Part shown: positions 1 through 13,100 of the stretch, one piece after another
How the letters are laid out: every line of letters starts with the position of its first letter
Position numbering within the stretch: the first letter of the stretch is position 1
Source: Eledone cirrhosa
Taxonomy: Eukaryota
Direction: 5' to 3'
Assembly: GCA_964016885.1 (NCBI GenBank)
Contig: OZ024742.1
Span: 151,528,001-151,592,000 of the forward strand
Length of the DNA: 64,000 nt
Notes under the pieces: generated by a model
What the model was told of the DNA's origin: nothing
Database searches by the model: none
Seen by the model: only the letters and a program-made list of their open reading frames with translations
Made by a program: the position numbers and the translations under genes

Positions 1-207
1 TGTTAAATGATAAAATCTCATACCGGATAGGCCATCACTCGGGCCAAAAAGGGCCGCGTCCCTCAGAGGAACCAGACTGGGGTCGAAAAATCAGCTAATG
101 GTTCAAACCTTCCCATCACTTCGGAGCTGGAGACCTCCCATAATCGGAATACTCCTACTGTTGGCCCTCAATGCTCACCACCAAGAAATCCAAAGAAAAA
201 GAGAGAA

Positions 208-1999
208 ACAGCAGGTGTTCGACATAAACCCACAAGTCAGCAATTTTCGGACACTGGACGAGTGCGTGCAGGACGGTTTCGTCGCCCTGCGCGCATCTCG
301 GACATGCCTGGCTGACGGCACCTCCATGCCTGTAGAGTTTATCCCGAAATGGCAAGGCTCCTCGGTAGCACTGCCAGGCCAGAGATTTCTGGAAGTTGTC
401 CATAGGTCCCGGCCCGAAAGTTCTCCGAAGAGATTGGCTAGTTGATTTTCGTCGACGCCTAGAGTTTCGCCAAGTACGTCGTTGCTCTTCCCCTCCACTA
501 ATACTCTATAGAACGCCGAGGTGGAGTTTCCACCGATCACATTGCCCGATTGGTCGAGGGCTGTGAGCGCCTGAAGACATTCCAGTCTCCAGGCGCTCCC
601 TCTCGGTCTTCGCTTGACCCAGTACTGCAGCTCCGTCAAGGAAACGAGCTGGGGAAATACGTGTCTAGCAAACGGCGACCACACCTGATCACCGTCGAGG
701 AAGAGGTGCAGATGTCGTAGCCTGAGCGCGTGTCTGCGCATCATCAGCCATGGCATTCCCAGCCCTCCGCGTAGCGGGTGTTGACAGCAGATGGACCGCC
801 TGACCATCGGAGCGCGTCCCTTCCACAAAAAGCGAAAGAGCAAACGCTCCAGCGCAGTCAGGCGGGGCTTAGGACAAGGTACGACGGTCAGGCGGTAGCA
901 GATGACAGACGCGATGTACGCGTTAGCCACCCCCGCTCGACCTTTCAGGGATAGCTTCCTCTCCGCCCATTTCTGGGTGAGAGAAGCCACCCTGCTCGTC
1001 ACCTCGTCCCAGTTTTTGTCCGTCTGGAGGTCTGGACCGAACCAGACCCCTTGCAATTTAACGTTCCGTCCGTCCAACGTCCGACGACGCTGTTGGACGG
1101 CATGGACCTGCCTCTCCAGGCGCCGAGCTGCAGGCCCACTGACCTTTCCTGGTTGATCATTGCTCCTGTCACCGCTTCGTATTCTCTTAGTGTAGTGCCG
1201 ATCGCCTCGATGTGTTTGGCGTTCGACACCACTACGGTGACATCGTCCGCATATGCTGACACGGATCTTCCGCATCCTAGTTCGTGCGGGACCCCCCTCC
1301 ACGTCTCCAGTTTGTGCAGTAATGGCTCGAGAGTCAATACGTACAAGAGGGACGAGAGGGGACATCCTTGGCGGACCGAGCGCATGATGTTGAACGGTTC
1401 CGAAAGGTGACCGTTCACTCTCACCACAGAGCAGATGTCGCTGTGCATGGCAGCGATCCAGCCTCTGAAGACGGGCCCAAAGCCAGCCGCCCTCAGGACT
1501 GCCGCTAGGTAACGATGGTCGACCCTATCGAAAGCTTTCGACTGATCTAAATTGATCAAGGACCCACCCGTGCCAGGTTCCCTAGCTACCCTCTCTACGA
1601 TGTATCGCATGAGGTGGAGGTTGTCGTGGATGGATCTGTTGGGAATGGCGCATGTCTGCGCCTCTCCCACCAGACCACCAACGACAAGCGCCAACCTCTT
1701 TGCTAGCACCTTGGCCAAAATCTTGAACTCTGTGTTTAGCAGAGTTATGGGCCGGAAATTATCTATGTTATCTCTCTTGTTCGGATCCTTTCTCAGCAGT
1801 GCCATCGCTCCTCGGCTCACAGAACTGGGAATTCTCCCGTTCTGTTGCCAGTTGCAGTAGACGTCCGCCAAGAGGCCTCCGAACAAGTCTGGTATCTGTA
1901 CGTAAAGTTCATAGGGCAGACCATCCAAACCAGGCGATTTACCCCTTGTCATTGCCTCCCTTACTTCAGCGGCTGTTATCGGCTTTTCGCAACACTCCG
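208..1999 (-). pseudogene. Tx1 ORF2 reverse transcriptase and C-terminal part, frameshifted, lacking APE endonuclease
   Basis: ORFs 999..1952, 175..1365 and 155..403 are nearly identical to 34240-36045. Confidence 0.9.
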
Positions 2000-3961
2000 G
2001 CCCACCGCTGCCCTCCTAGGTCTCTGAAATCATCAACTGCGTTGGGGAATTTCGTTTTAATGTTTGTGTATTGTTTCTGTGCTATTTTTAGCAGTCTTAT
2101 GTTAGTTGGCGTTTTGATTGGTGCTGGTATTATGTAGTCGTGTTGTGAAATGTCTGTGTGTTCAATTATATAAGTCATTAGTTTCTTGTTGTGTGTATTT
2201 ATTGCCGTGCATTTGTTTTTCTGGGGGTGGGGTGTGGTTCTGCTATTTTCTTGTCGTTGTTGCTGGGTGTGTGTGTTTTGTTGTTGTGTTTGCGATGTTG
2301 GTGCTTGTGGTGGTGGTGTTGAAGGTGTTGTTGTTGTTGTTGGCGGTGGGGTTGTCGCCGGTGGTGATGGTGGTGCTAGTGTGGGTGGTGATGGTGTTGG
2401 TGGTGTTGCTGCTGTGAGTCTCTTTGCAGTAGCCTTTACCCTTTTTTCATTTCTTTCCTCCCTTTTCGAAGGTGACGATGCGCTGCTTCTGCGTTTGTGC
2501 CTTATTACGACCTTTTGCCATCCCTCTCCTACCTCATACTCCATGTCTGATTCTGTGAGGTCGAGGAGGGGTACCAGCTCCACTCTTTCACTTGTATTTG
2601 TTGGTGATGTTTGCAGTGGAGTCTCTGTTGCAGCTGCATTTGGTATTACTGTTGTTGTTGTTAATACTTCCACTGCTGCTGCTGTTTTTGATTTCCGTGG
2701 CGTGGGTATGGGTACCACGGACCTATCGTTCCTGGTTGCCGCTTGTCCTGTTGCTGATAGCCGTGGAGCCGGTTTCGGAAGGAGGGGGGTTTTCTCCTTT
2801 CTCAGGGTCTTCTCGTTGCAGAAGGCCCTGAGGTGAGTCTTCGATCCACAGCGAAAGCATTTCGGGCGTTTTCCCTCAACACTTATGGGCAGTTGAGTGC
2901 CGTTATCGAAGTCTATCACATCCGGGATAGCTTCGATGCACTCCTGGTTGGTTTGGATTAACATCTCAATGGAGGTGCCGACCCAATCTTCTCTTACTTT
3001 TTTCTGTACTTGCAGTACAGTTGTTTTGTCCTCGATTCCGACGAGGACAGACGTGGCCAATTTTTTGCCAGCAGTAGGAGGGCACCAACACCATTTCCTC
3101 GCTCCTTAGGGTCACTAAGGATTGAGTCTTTGCTTCCTGGGGTGTGGCAAAAAGCACGTCTACGGTGGCATATTTCTTGCCTCGGGTGATGTGCGTTTTC
3201 CGCTGCCACACAGACCCTAAGGCCTTTTGTATTTGAGCCTCTGTGGCTCTTTCAACCCTACGGGATTTTGTGCTTACTGTACGGTATGTGACCGTACAGT
3301 GCTGTTGGGTTTCGAAAAACTTTTCGGCTGCCTTGCAGATTGCTCGGTGTCCGGTTTTCGTCACCATCTTCTTCGCTTCCTCTAATTCCTCATTTGTTAT
3401 GAGGATGGTTTCCAGGTTCTTTGCGATACCTGCAAACGAGATTGGTTTTTCTTTGCTGCTGTTGTTGTTGTTGTTGTCGTCAGAGCTGCTGTTACTTTTG
3501 TTGTTGCTGCAGGTACTACGACTCCTGCCGCCGACGCTGTTGCTGTGGTTGTTGTTGTTGTTGGTGCTGCTGCTGTTGTTGTTGCTGCTAATGCTGTTGT
3601 TGTTTATGCTGCTGCTGATGCTGTTGCGGCTGCTACTGTTGTTTTCCTTGTCACTGTTGCTGCTGTTATTACGGCTGCGACTGCTATTATTCCTGACGTC
3701 AGACGAATGAAATGGGTTTTCGTATTTCCCGCACACCTTTTTCGTCGTTGTCGTCGTCGTCGTCGTCGTCGTGGAGAAATCTTGCTCGCTTTGCACGTGA
3801 TTTTTCTTTTCTGGCGTCGCTTGCGAAAGAGAAGGGAGGGAGAGAGACACATTTAGAGAAGGGAGGGAGAGAGACAATCTTCTCTCTGCTGTAGTGACGA
3901 TTGAGGAAGAAGAAGACGGAATGAGTGGGAGTGACCTATGAAAATTCTTTTTCGTAGCCAT
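2000..3961 (-). pseudogene. Tx1 ORF1 (gag-like, Asn-rich N-terminus, CCHC knuckle, Pro/Thr-rich tail), frameshifted near 3060
   Basis: ORFs 2966..3994 and 1966..3060; CFRCGSKTHLRAFC (CX2CX4HX4C); homologous to ORF1 at 31013-32880 (SFAxxAK..EELEEAK). Confidence 0.85.
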
Positions 3962-4175
3962 GTTGTTTTTTTGTTTAAAATAAATATTGGGCACAAAACC
4001 CCAATAAGCGGTTATTTACCCCGAAGGGCCAAATAACGGGCAGAAAGACCCCTCTCACGAGGAGGAGGGTGTTTTTGTCTACAAGTTGGTTAAAGTTTTA
4101 AACAATTTACAATTGTTATAGCGGTCAAAATTTACAATACCTTACAGAGCCGAGCCCCCGGCAACCATAGCATTC

Positions 4176-4222
<47 letters not shown>
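4176..4222. repeat. (AAT)n microsatellite at the 5' junction of Tx1 copy A
   Basis: Pure aat repeat directly adjoining the element start. Confidence 0.95.
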
Positions 4223-4223
<1 letters not shown>

Positions 4224-4331
4224 CAGTTTTAATGATTTCTAATTTAGGCAAAATGCTCGCAATGTGATAGAAGGATTTTATCGACCTTGGAAGGATGAAA
4301 GGCAAAGTTGACTACGACAGGATTTGAACTG

Positions 4332-4394
<63 letters not shown>

Positions 4395-4395
4395 G

Positions 4396-4427
<32 letters not shown>
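4332..4427. repeat. (CTA)n microsatellite
   Basis: Direct reading. Confidence 0.95.
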
Positions 4428-4428
<1 letters not shown>

Positions 4429-4919
4429 ATGGTTATTACTAGAGGCATTCCACGTCATCTTGGCTACACCACATTGTTTTTGCATAGAGCATTTGCGTGT
4501 TGTTTTTTTTATGAATAATCAATCATTTTAGTGTTTTTTAAATACGGACTATACACCTTTATCAGCAGGATGTTCTTATCGCCTATCCCCAGATCATATG
4601 ATAGTTTCGTAAGGTATTCGTTGGTGATTCGGACAACCGTTAACTGTTATCAAGAACTATTGGACCAGTACCGTCAATAATGATAGCAATAAAGAGCATT
4701 GAACATTTTAAAGTTTGAAGTCGAGGATTGATATGTTATATATAACAGGATTATCGAGTATATGGACAATCATAAAAACTGAGAAATTTGTGTTTCGGTA
4801 AATTATTGGTTTTCATAACAAACCTTATCATTTATGTTGAGTACTAATACGTGGAAATGATTAAAGATAAAAACAATATTTTAATAATTTATTTCTAGTA
4901 TATAATTACATAAATATTC

Positions 4920-5320
4920 CTGGAGGGACTAGTGCCAAACTTTGGCATTGAAAGCTGGACCAACCCCCGAACAGGACCTCACTGGTTGGTGCCAAAGGTC
5001 CCATATTACACATCTAGAAGAAGGAGTAGATATTTCAATAGCCTGGGGTTCAAAGGTCCTCAACTCTTCAACAAACTGCCAAGAAATTTGAGAGATCTGC
5101 ATGGTGTGGACGTGGATGTTTTCAAGAAATATCTTGACACTCTGGATCCCAAATTAGCCCACAGCATGGAACAAAAGTAACCTAAGGGCGGCAGCAACGG
5201 ACTACCTCTTGTAATATTTGACCAGCCAACACAGGCAGGAGATAGTACGTGTAGTAACACGGGCGGTGCCCCAGCATGGCCTCAGCCAGATGGCTGAAAC
5301 AGGTAAAAGAGTAAAAGAGT
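4920..5320 (+). mobile_element. 5'-truncated 3' end of a CR1-group LINE
   Basis: Peptide NSLGFKGPQLFNKLPRNLRD..VDVFKKYLD is typical of CR1/L2-group ORF2 C-termini; ends in a gtaaaaga x2 tail. Confidence 0.7.
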
Positions 5321-6516
5321 ATATATATATATATATATATGACTGACTGAATATATGCACATGTGTTTTTTCACATTTTGTCCCGTTCATTCATATTTTC
5401 ACTCTCTATCTTTCTATTTCATCTTTTATTTTTCAATCTATTTTCTGATGAAAGATTAATGTCCGAAGCGTTAAGACTCTTTTCCTATTATTTCAAGCGT
5501 TAAACTAATATATTTTTTCATTGTAATGTTTCGTTTGCTTTGTATTTTTCTGTTTACACGCACACGCCCCCCCCCCCTCCACAATATATATATATAAACG
5601 AAAATGTCATACAGGATTAAATGTATGTGTAACGTTGGAGAAATAAATATTTATAGGGACAAGTGTAGGGTTGGAACTCAGGGCCATAGTATTGGAAATC
5701 CAACTTCTTTTGAAGCAATGTGACTGAGATAGGAAATGTATTGTGTGCGTCTGTGTATGTGTGTGTGTGTGTGCGTGTGCGCGAGTGTGTGTGTGTGCGA
5801 GTATGTGTGTGTGCGTTTGTGTGTGTGTGAATGCGTGTGTAAAGATTCATATCAACTTTCTTAAAGGAGATGTATTCAAAACTCAATGGCACAGTTAACC
5901 TAGTTGAGAAAGGCACGGACATAGATATTCCATCCCATTATATTACAGAATCTTCTTAATATGATAGTTGCTGGAGAAGTAATTTTTCAGTGTAGATAAA
6001 AGGCTATTGAAATATTTGTACTGGCTCTTTACATCCAGAGTTAAAATCCCGTCAAAGTCATCCCTAAGTTTCACCATTCCTGGGTCGATGAATAAAGCAC
6101 CAGTTACATACTGTGGTATATATAAACTACTTTGAACTCTCCAAATTTGCTAGCCTTGTGCCTCAATTAACAATCAATTAAAATGAAACCTAGCTCACTT
6201 TGGTTGCTGTTTTAAGCAGGTAGAGCGTTCATTTAGAAGGTTTCTCATTGGTTAGCTGTAGTTTGTGGAGGTGGTGATATTCATGTTTAGTAATGTTTCA
6301 TAATGTTGGATGTGTCTAGAGAAGATTGAACCCGTGTTGAGTTTTATTTATTTCAGAGATCTCTTTGCAGTGGAATGGATGATTTCAGTGGAGTGCAGAT
6401 GAGATATGTCACCCAGATAAGAGTGTAGAGTTTGTCTCCACCCCTTCTTTATTTTGTCTTGTTTTTTTCTTTTTATTTCTCTTTCTTTTCATCATTATTT
6501 TATTACAGTATCGAAG

Positions 6517-6795
6517 TGGCGGTGGATTGGCAGTATCGGTAGAGGGTCGGACGCCATGCTTTGCAGCATAGAGTTACACCGAGGTTAACTTTGCCTTTCA
6601 TCTTTACGGGGTCGATAAAATAAAGTACCAGTAATACACTGGGATAATTGCAGCATAGAGTTACGGCGCTTTACGGTCTGATTTCAAATCTCGCCGAAGT
6701 TAATTTTGTCTTTCATCCTGACGGGGTCGATAAAATAAAGTACCATTAATGCAGTGGGGTAATTGCTGGCCTTGTGTCAAAAGTAGAAACAATTA
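6517..6795 (+). mobile_element. tRNA-derived SINE (octopus-type) with internal duplication
   Basis: A-box-like tggcagtatcgg, B-box-like ttcaaatc, and core gcctttcatc..cggggtcgataaaataaagtacc present twice; the same core recurs more than 10 times in the window. Confidence 0.8.
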
Positions 6796-7372
6796 TTTTA
6801 TTACAAAATTATCTTAACTAACACTTGATCTATTTTATGAAAACGTACTCGTTCCTCGTTAACTTTCTCAAGACCGACAGGAGGATTTTTATCGGCGACT
6901 AACTCAATCTTCGTTGCTCGCCAGGCCGAAGAAGGCAAACTGTCGAAATATCGACCATTCTCTGATAGGTTTGTAGTCAAACCTGTAGCTGGGGAGAATT
7001 CGAGTGTTCTTGACCCCGGACCACCTCCCTCCTCACTGATATGGACTTAGCCACCTGTAGGAGCGAATCCCATGAGCTGGAATGGCTGTTTTAATACATC
7101 TCCTGCGCCAACCTTCGTGACATTGTCTTTTCCATTCTGTCCTCCTCTGGGACCACAAGCCGACCTGAGCAAGGGCTCTCACACAGAAGGCAACGCTCCA
7201 CCCCACCGTCCATGCCCGCATTACTGGTGTAGAGATGCTGAGTTATACTGTTACTTGTAGGACACATGGTATATGTAAAGCTTTGTGGGTCTAGTTATTT
7301 GTGTGTACGTGTGTGTGAGTATGTATGTATGTATGTATGTATGTATGTATGTATGTATGTATGTATGTATGT

Positions 7373-7635
7373 ATTTTTTCTCTTTCTCTTAATTTCGAGT
7401 ATATTTTTTTGACCGGCCACCTTCCTGGTGGCAAGGTTGTAAAAGAAAAGAAATTGTCATCCCTTGAATCGCAAGAATGTTTTGCATATTTTGAAGGTGC
7501 CAGCTATCGCAGCCATTTGTAGACTATGAATTAGGGAGCTACGCTTTTTGTCCGCAAATCCAAGTTCGGTCATACTTTGGTCCAAGCGGGTTGGTATATA
7601 ACCCGTAGCACCAATAATGATGGGTATGAAGCTAA
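7373..7635 (-). mobile_element. 5'-truncated RLE-type non-LTR retrotransposon 3' end inserted in (TACA)n
   Basis: Peptide SFIPIIIGATGYIP...LQMAAIAGTFKICKTFL matches RLE-element C-termini (compare IPIVIGALG..LQKACLLGTAR of the 1130-aa ORF). Flanked by (tatg)n at 7320-7372 and 7636-7930. 3'UTR hairpin gccacc-5nt-ggtggc. Confidence 0.8.
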
Positions 7636-7930
7636 GTATGTATGTACGTATGTACGTACGTATGTATGTATGTATGTATGTATGTATGTATGTATGTATG
7701 TATGTATGTATGTATGTATGTATGTACGTACGTATGTATGTATGTATGTATGTACGTACGTATGTATGTATGTATGTATGTATGTATGTATGTACGTATG
7801 TATGTACGTACGTACGTATGTATGTATGTATGTATGTATGTATGTACGTACGTACGTACGTATGTATGTATGTATGTATGTATGTATGTATGTATGTATG
7901 TATGTATGTATGTATGTATGTATGCATGTA
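7636..7930. repeat. (TATG)n/(TACG) microsatellite
   Basis: Direct reading; source of the spurious YVCM/TYIH ORFs. Confidence 0.95.
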
Positions 7931-8413
7931 TGTGTGTGTGCGTGTGGCTACACAATATAGATGTAAATACATAACTACAGATATAACTGCAGAGATTTAT
8001 CAAAGATGAAATCTAACATAAGATTTACTTAAATATATAGCAGACCCTTTTTTTTTTGTTTCAGCTTCTTTTTTTTAGTGTGTTTATTAAAGTAACTGCT
8101 GCGATTAAGTGAGACGTTTTGTTTAATGAGGGTAATACGATAGAAATCAGGAATTACACGTCTTGTTAGATGAGACTGGCGAAACACATAACACAAACAC
8201 ATGAACACACACACACACTCACATACACACAAACACACACATATACATGCACATCACACAAAGACTCAAAGGCATAACCATAACGCACACTCTCACATAT
8301 ATATTAATTTTTACTTTTATATTGGTTTACTCCAACAAATACGTACAAGTCATACACAAAACACCCACACGGACACACATACACACACTGATACACACTT
8401 ACACATACACACA

Positions 8414-8490
<77 letters not shown>

Positions 8491-8934
8491 CACATACACA
8501 CATACACTCACACATACAAACACACTCACACACATAGAACTGAAATGCCAAAATCAAATTAAAGTATTCGAAGCAAAGTTATCTGAGTGGAAATATTTTT
8601 TTCAATAAGTGCTTACAGAATGCATACTGTTTCATTCCTTACGGATATTTTAGAAGTACTGACGCGAAAACAAGGAGTTATCGATGAATGGTGGGGAGAC
8701 GTGTGGATAGGGGTACAGAGATGAGGCGATGCAGAGATGGAAGAAAGATTAGTGGTGAGAAATATAGCTTGGTAGAAAAAAATTCTGAAGTCCACTTCTG
8801 GTGTGTCAAGAATAAATGAAATTATAATCACACGGAGGGAGTGTAGATTTAAAATATATGTATTTGTAAATACGGACTGGTGAGTTTACATGCGTGGAGG
8901 GAAGTCAAATGGAGGTTAATGGTTGAGAGGTAAT

Positions 8935-9080
8935 AACCGTTTCTACTTCAGGCACAATGACAGCAATTTGAAGGGGAGAGGAAGGTCGATTTTATCGACC
9001 CCCAGTGCATTACTGGTGTTTTATTTTATCGACTCCGTAAAGATGAAAGGCAAAGCTAACCACGGCGGGATTTGAACTCA
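8935..9080 (-). mobile_element. SINE 3' half (same family as 6517)
   Basis: Reverse complement of the core (ttttatcgactccgtaaagatgaaaggcaaag..gatttgaactcag). Confidence 0.75.
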
Positions 9081-9669
9081 GATGGCAAAGGGTCGTAACT
9101 CTATGCCGCACAGTTGAAGGTATTTCATGATAGATCCTCCATCGTTGTCGACGATGAATATTCAGTTGTTTGACCAAATGAACTTCCAACTCATGTATTA
9201 ACGTGTAGATGGTTGAATATTCCACAGATAAGTGTATCAACGTAATTCCCAGGCTGGATCAATGTAATATTGTATGACAATATTAGACCTTTGAATTACA
9301 GGTACACCCCAGCCGAACAGTTTTCTTTTACCTAATTTCACTCACAGAGTTTAATTCAACCCGGGTCTATAATAAAAATACTTGCTTAAGATACCTGAGG
9401 ATACCCAGGACCTCATACTTGCAAAGCAATATTTCTAAATCATTCAACATTACATGAATACATGCACTCGCTCGTTGCATTTGTGATTCATTGTTCTTGC
9501 TTCATAAGAAAGAATTTCTAACGAACTTCGAACATTGTTTATATTTTATACCTTTATTTACTGTTCTAAACTCGCATGCTGTTTAATCGTTTCTTCAACC
9601 ATTCTATTGCTGTCATTTTATCGTACTATAACTTTGATAACTTTGATAGGTTTCGGCCATATCTAACTT

Positions 9670-12042
9670 AATAGCACCTCCGTGTGTCCACCGATATAGT
9701 GTGTTGGGGATTAACATCACTGATACTGCCCAGATCGGCCATATCAGGATTGCTGAAAACAGAGAAGTATTGTTTCTGCAATATCTCGCCCATGGTTTTG
9801 GCATTATCTTGGAGTGTGCCATTTTCATCAACTAGAGAGCCAACAGTGGAGACGGTGACCTCGTGTTTTTTAGCAAATGAAAAGAACACTTTGGGGTTGA
9901 GTTTGATTTTCTCAATGACCCACCTCTTCATGCATTGTTGGAGGTTATAATTTTTTTTATTCAAGCAGGGCGATAGCCGTCGAATGTGTGTGTTGCTGTT
10001 GGCAGTATTTTAGTGTGGTAATTTTTTTGTTTGTTCTTTTTATTTTTCTGATAATTGTTTTTCTATTTTGGGGGATACTGCACTTAGTTTTGTTCACAGG
10101 TTTAGGTGGCGTGTGTTTTGTACATAGATTTGTGACAGTGTCTACAAAGATCTGCCAATATGTTTTGATGTTGGTGGAAATGTGTGCGTGTGTAAAAGAC
10201 CAGTCAACATGTGATAGTTCGTTCATAATTGCAACCCAGTTGGCATTGTAGAGATCCATGTTATCAAGGGGGGGGGGGGCTGGAAAGAGGTCCCTAGGAT
10301 TAGCTTTCGGCTGGAGGAATCTCAGGTTACAAAGAACCATGTCTTGGTCTGAGAGAAGGGTTTTTCCACTGTAATATTATGTATAGTGTTAGTGTGGTTA
10401 CTAAACACTAGATCCAGAATGTTCTTCTGATGCCTTGTTGGTGCAAGAACAAGTTGGGACAAGAAAAACCCATTGATGAAGTCAAGAAGTGACTCGACTG
10501 CTTCTTTGTCAGTGGTTGAGGTTGGGTGCCTGGTTTCAAACTGCTTATAGACCAATCGGCACAGGGTAGATTAAAGTCTCCCATCAAAAGTATGTTGCTA
10601 GAATGGCACTGTTTAATAAAGCATTTAATGCTGTTGAGGCATTCTTTGAAGCAGATTATGGGTGTCTGTGGTGGCCTATAGAGCCCAACTAATGTCAGGT
10701 CATTGGCTTTGTTGTGCACAGTGACTGATTCACAGTAGCCATTGGAGAATGTTGTGTTACCATCTGCTGTAAAGGAATCATGCAAGAAAATGGCAGTTCC
10801 ACCCTTCCTTCTGCCAACACGATCCGCGCGGTTGGTTGTAAAATTCCTCACTCTTACTTCGGCCTCCAAGTGGGAGTTGTCAAGGTGGATCTCGGTAAGA
10901 ATGAAGAAGGGGGTGTGAAATGGATGGTTTAACCCAATCCTCAATGAATTGCATCTTCCATTTCTGTGGATGGGCTGATACCTTGTGTATAGAGTAAACA
11001 TGTGGAGACTAGTGTGGTGGCTGGTTTTGACTGTTGCAGGGGGCTTGTTTTGAGATTGTGTGTTAGTGACAGCAAGGATGGTGTTGAGTGATGGCTAAAA
11101 TGTTTTACTGTATCTCTTTTGCCAGGTTCATGGCTAAAAAAGAAAAATTTTCTTGTTCAGGGAGCAGTTTTTGATTGGTTTTGTGGTTACACCATTGGAT
11201 AGGTTTGCATTTCCCTCTTTTGTTGTTGTTGTTGTAATTGTGTCTTTGTGAAAAGACTGGAGCCGCATTACTTTTGTTGTTGTTGTATTTGTTGTTGTTG
11301 TAATCGTGTCTTTGTGAAAAGACTGGAGCAGCATTACTTTTGTTGTTGCTTTTGTTGTTGTAATCGTGTCTTTGTGAGAAGACTGGAGAAGCATTACTGC
11401 AGCAGGGGGTGGCTTTATTGTGGTCTGTGTGTTGGCATGGATCCCCCTTTCTGTTAGTGCGTTGTGTGCCAGGAAGATGAGTGAAGAGACAGTCAGTCAG
11501 CAGACATAGTCTCTCACGCTGGGAATGTCGGCAGATTTTGGGACTCCGACTTATGTGTGTGGGCAGCGTGTTTTGGTGTTGGCTGGCAGTGTTAGTGCGT
11601 CTAGTACCAGGTAAATGGGTAAATATGCAGTCGTTACGCGTGCATAACCTCGGACGTAGTGCGTAGTGGCATATTTTGGGGTTTTTAGTTTGTGTAGTGG
11701 GGGGGGGGGTGCATACAGCTCCATATATCTTTTTAAAAAGTTCTTTTGACTACAGCATGACTGTGGTGGGGATGTGGGGGGGGGGGGGAGAAAGCAGTGG
11801 TGGTGGCGATGATGATGATGACAACTGTGGTGGAGACTGTGAGAGTGGTGGGAGAGAAAGCTGTGGTCCATTATTAGCAGTTGATGTGCAGAAGGTGGTG
11901 GTGGTGATGGCGATAATGATGGCTGAGAAAGTGTTTGAGGGATACTGTCGTTCAGTAACGCAACTATTATGCTTGAATCCAGTTGTGTGGCGGTGGTGGT
12001 GGCTCCTGATTTTCTGGCTGCTGCTGCTGCTGCTGCTGTTGC

Positions 12043-12082
<40 letters not shown>

Positions 12083-12300
12083 GACCATTGGAGTAAATAT
12101 GTCGAAGTTTTTGAAAATGCTTTTGAATTAGTTTGAAAGAGACTTCGACTTGTTTTAGTTTGTTGTGTATCTGCTAAGTAGACCTCGTGGTGAATGTTTG
12201 AGGTGTTTTTTCAGCAATCTCACACGACGCGTTAATGTTTATTGTTTGGGACAGAGAAAACCATGTGTTTATTAAGAGGTCAATTTCATTATTAGACCAA
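9670..12300 (-). mobile_element. Degenerate CR1-group LINE: ORF1 remnant plus APE endonuclease, truncated before RT
   Basis: TEIHL..RADRVGRRKGGTAIF, LYRPP, MGDFNLP, NILDLVFSN, NPKVFFSFAK across frameshifted ORFs 9668-11001. Upstream CHYALRPRLCTRNDCIFTH (CCCH-like finger, ~11615-11672) and a poly-Asn tract. Confidence 0.8.
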
Positions 12301-12420
12301 TTTCGTCTGTTGTGGGCTTGCTGGTCAGTAGTCATATTAATTTTTCCTTGTGTGTGTTTTTAGATATTTGATATTTGATATGTGAGTGAGACTTTGGTTA
12401 TTTGAACAAATTAAAGAATC

Positions 12421-12454
<34 letters not shown>

Positions 12455-12494
12455 TCACTCTCTCTTATGGATGTGTGAGGATGTTAATAGTTTT

Positions 12495-12935
12495 TAGTTA
12501 TTTGGTTGTTTGAAGATATCCAAGGAAAAACGAGTGTATATAATGATGTGTAGTTAAGAAAACGTACTTGCGAGTTTGTAGGAAAGGCACGTGTATTTGT
12601 ATACACATTTTCTTGGTTATTTGGTTGTTTGAAGATATTCAAGGAAAAACGAGTGTATATAATTTGTAGTTAAGAAAACTTACTTGCGAGTTTGTAGGGA
12701 AAGCACGTGTATTTGTATACACTTTTTCCTTATGTGAGTGAGCCTTTGGTTATTTGAAGATATCAAAGTAGCGTATATATATATATATTCTCTTTTATGG
12801 ATGTGAGATTTGGTTACTCGAGGTTATTAAAAGTTTTTGGTTATTTGGTTGTTTGAAGATATTAAGAGAAAAACGAGTGCATATAATAATCGGTAGTTAA
12901 GAAAACGTACTTACGAGTTTGTAGGAAAAGCACGT
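12495..12935. repeat. Three ~105-bp imperfect direct repeats
   Basis: gttatttggttgtttgaagata..aaaaacgagtg..gttaagaaaac..cgagtttgtagg..cacgt at ~12497, ~12616 and ~12840. Confidence 0.8.
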
Positions 12936-13100
12936 AGTTACAAATATATATAAATATATATGTATGGTCAGTTAGGCTTCAAAGCTGAGTAGAGAGCTTT
13001 GGTAGAGAGCAATAAAAACACGTCTGTTCACTTCAACAGTCACTATATATATAACAAAGAAAGTGTGGTAAGAAACCAGGTGGACCATAACGCACCAGAG

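Larger units (their letters stand above)
208..4175 (-). mobile_element. Tx1/L1-clade non-LTR retrotransposon, copy A (endonuclease deleted, 3' end lost)
   Basis: ORF1 with CCHC knuckle, then RT (KSPGLDGLP, NFRPITLLN, LDQSKAFDRVDH, VRQGCPLS, YADD) and C-terminal Cys motif (CPRC..ETVLHALVQC). The 5' end abuts (AAT)n at 4176. Similarity to copy C stops at ~208. Confidence 0.92.

Noticed and set aside
5440-5480. Hammerhead-like ctgatga..tcc gaag
   Set aside because: GAAA is mutated, stem II is broken and stems I/III are unconvincing.
6850-7260. GC-richer non-repetitive block, possibly a LINE 5' region or ribozyme
   Set aside because: No motif or fold could be assigned with confidence.
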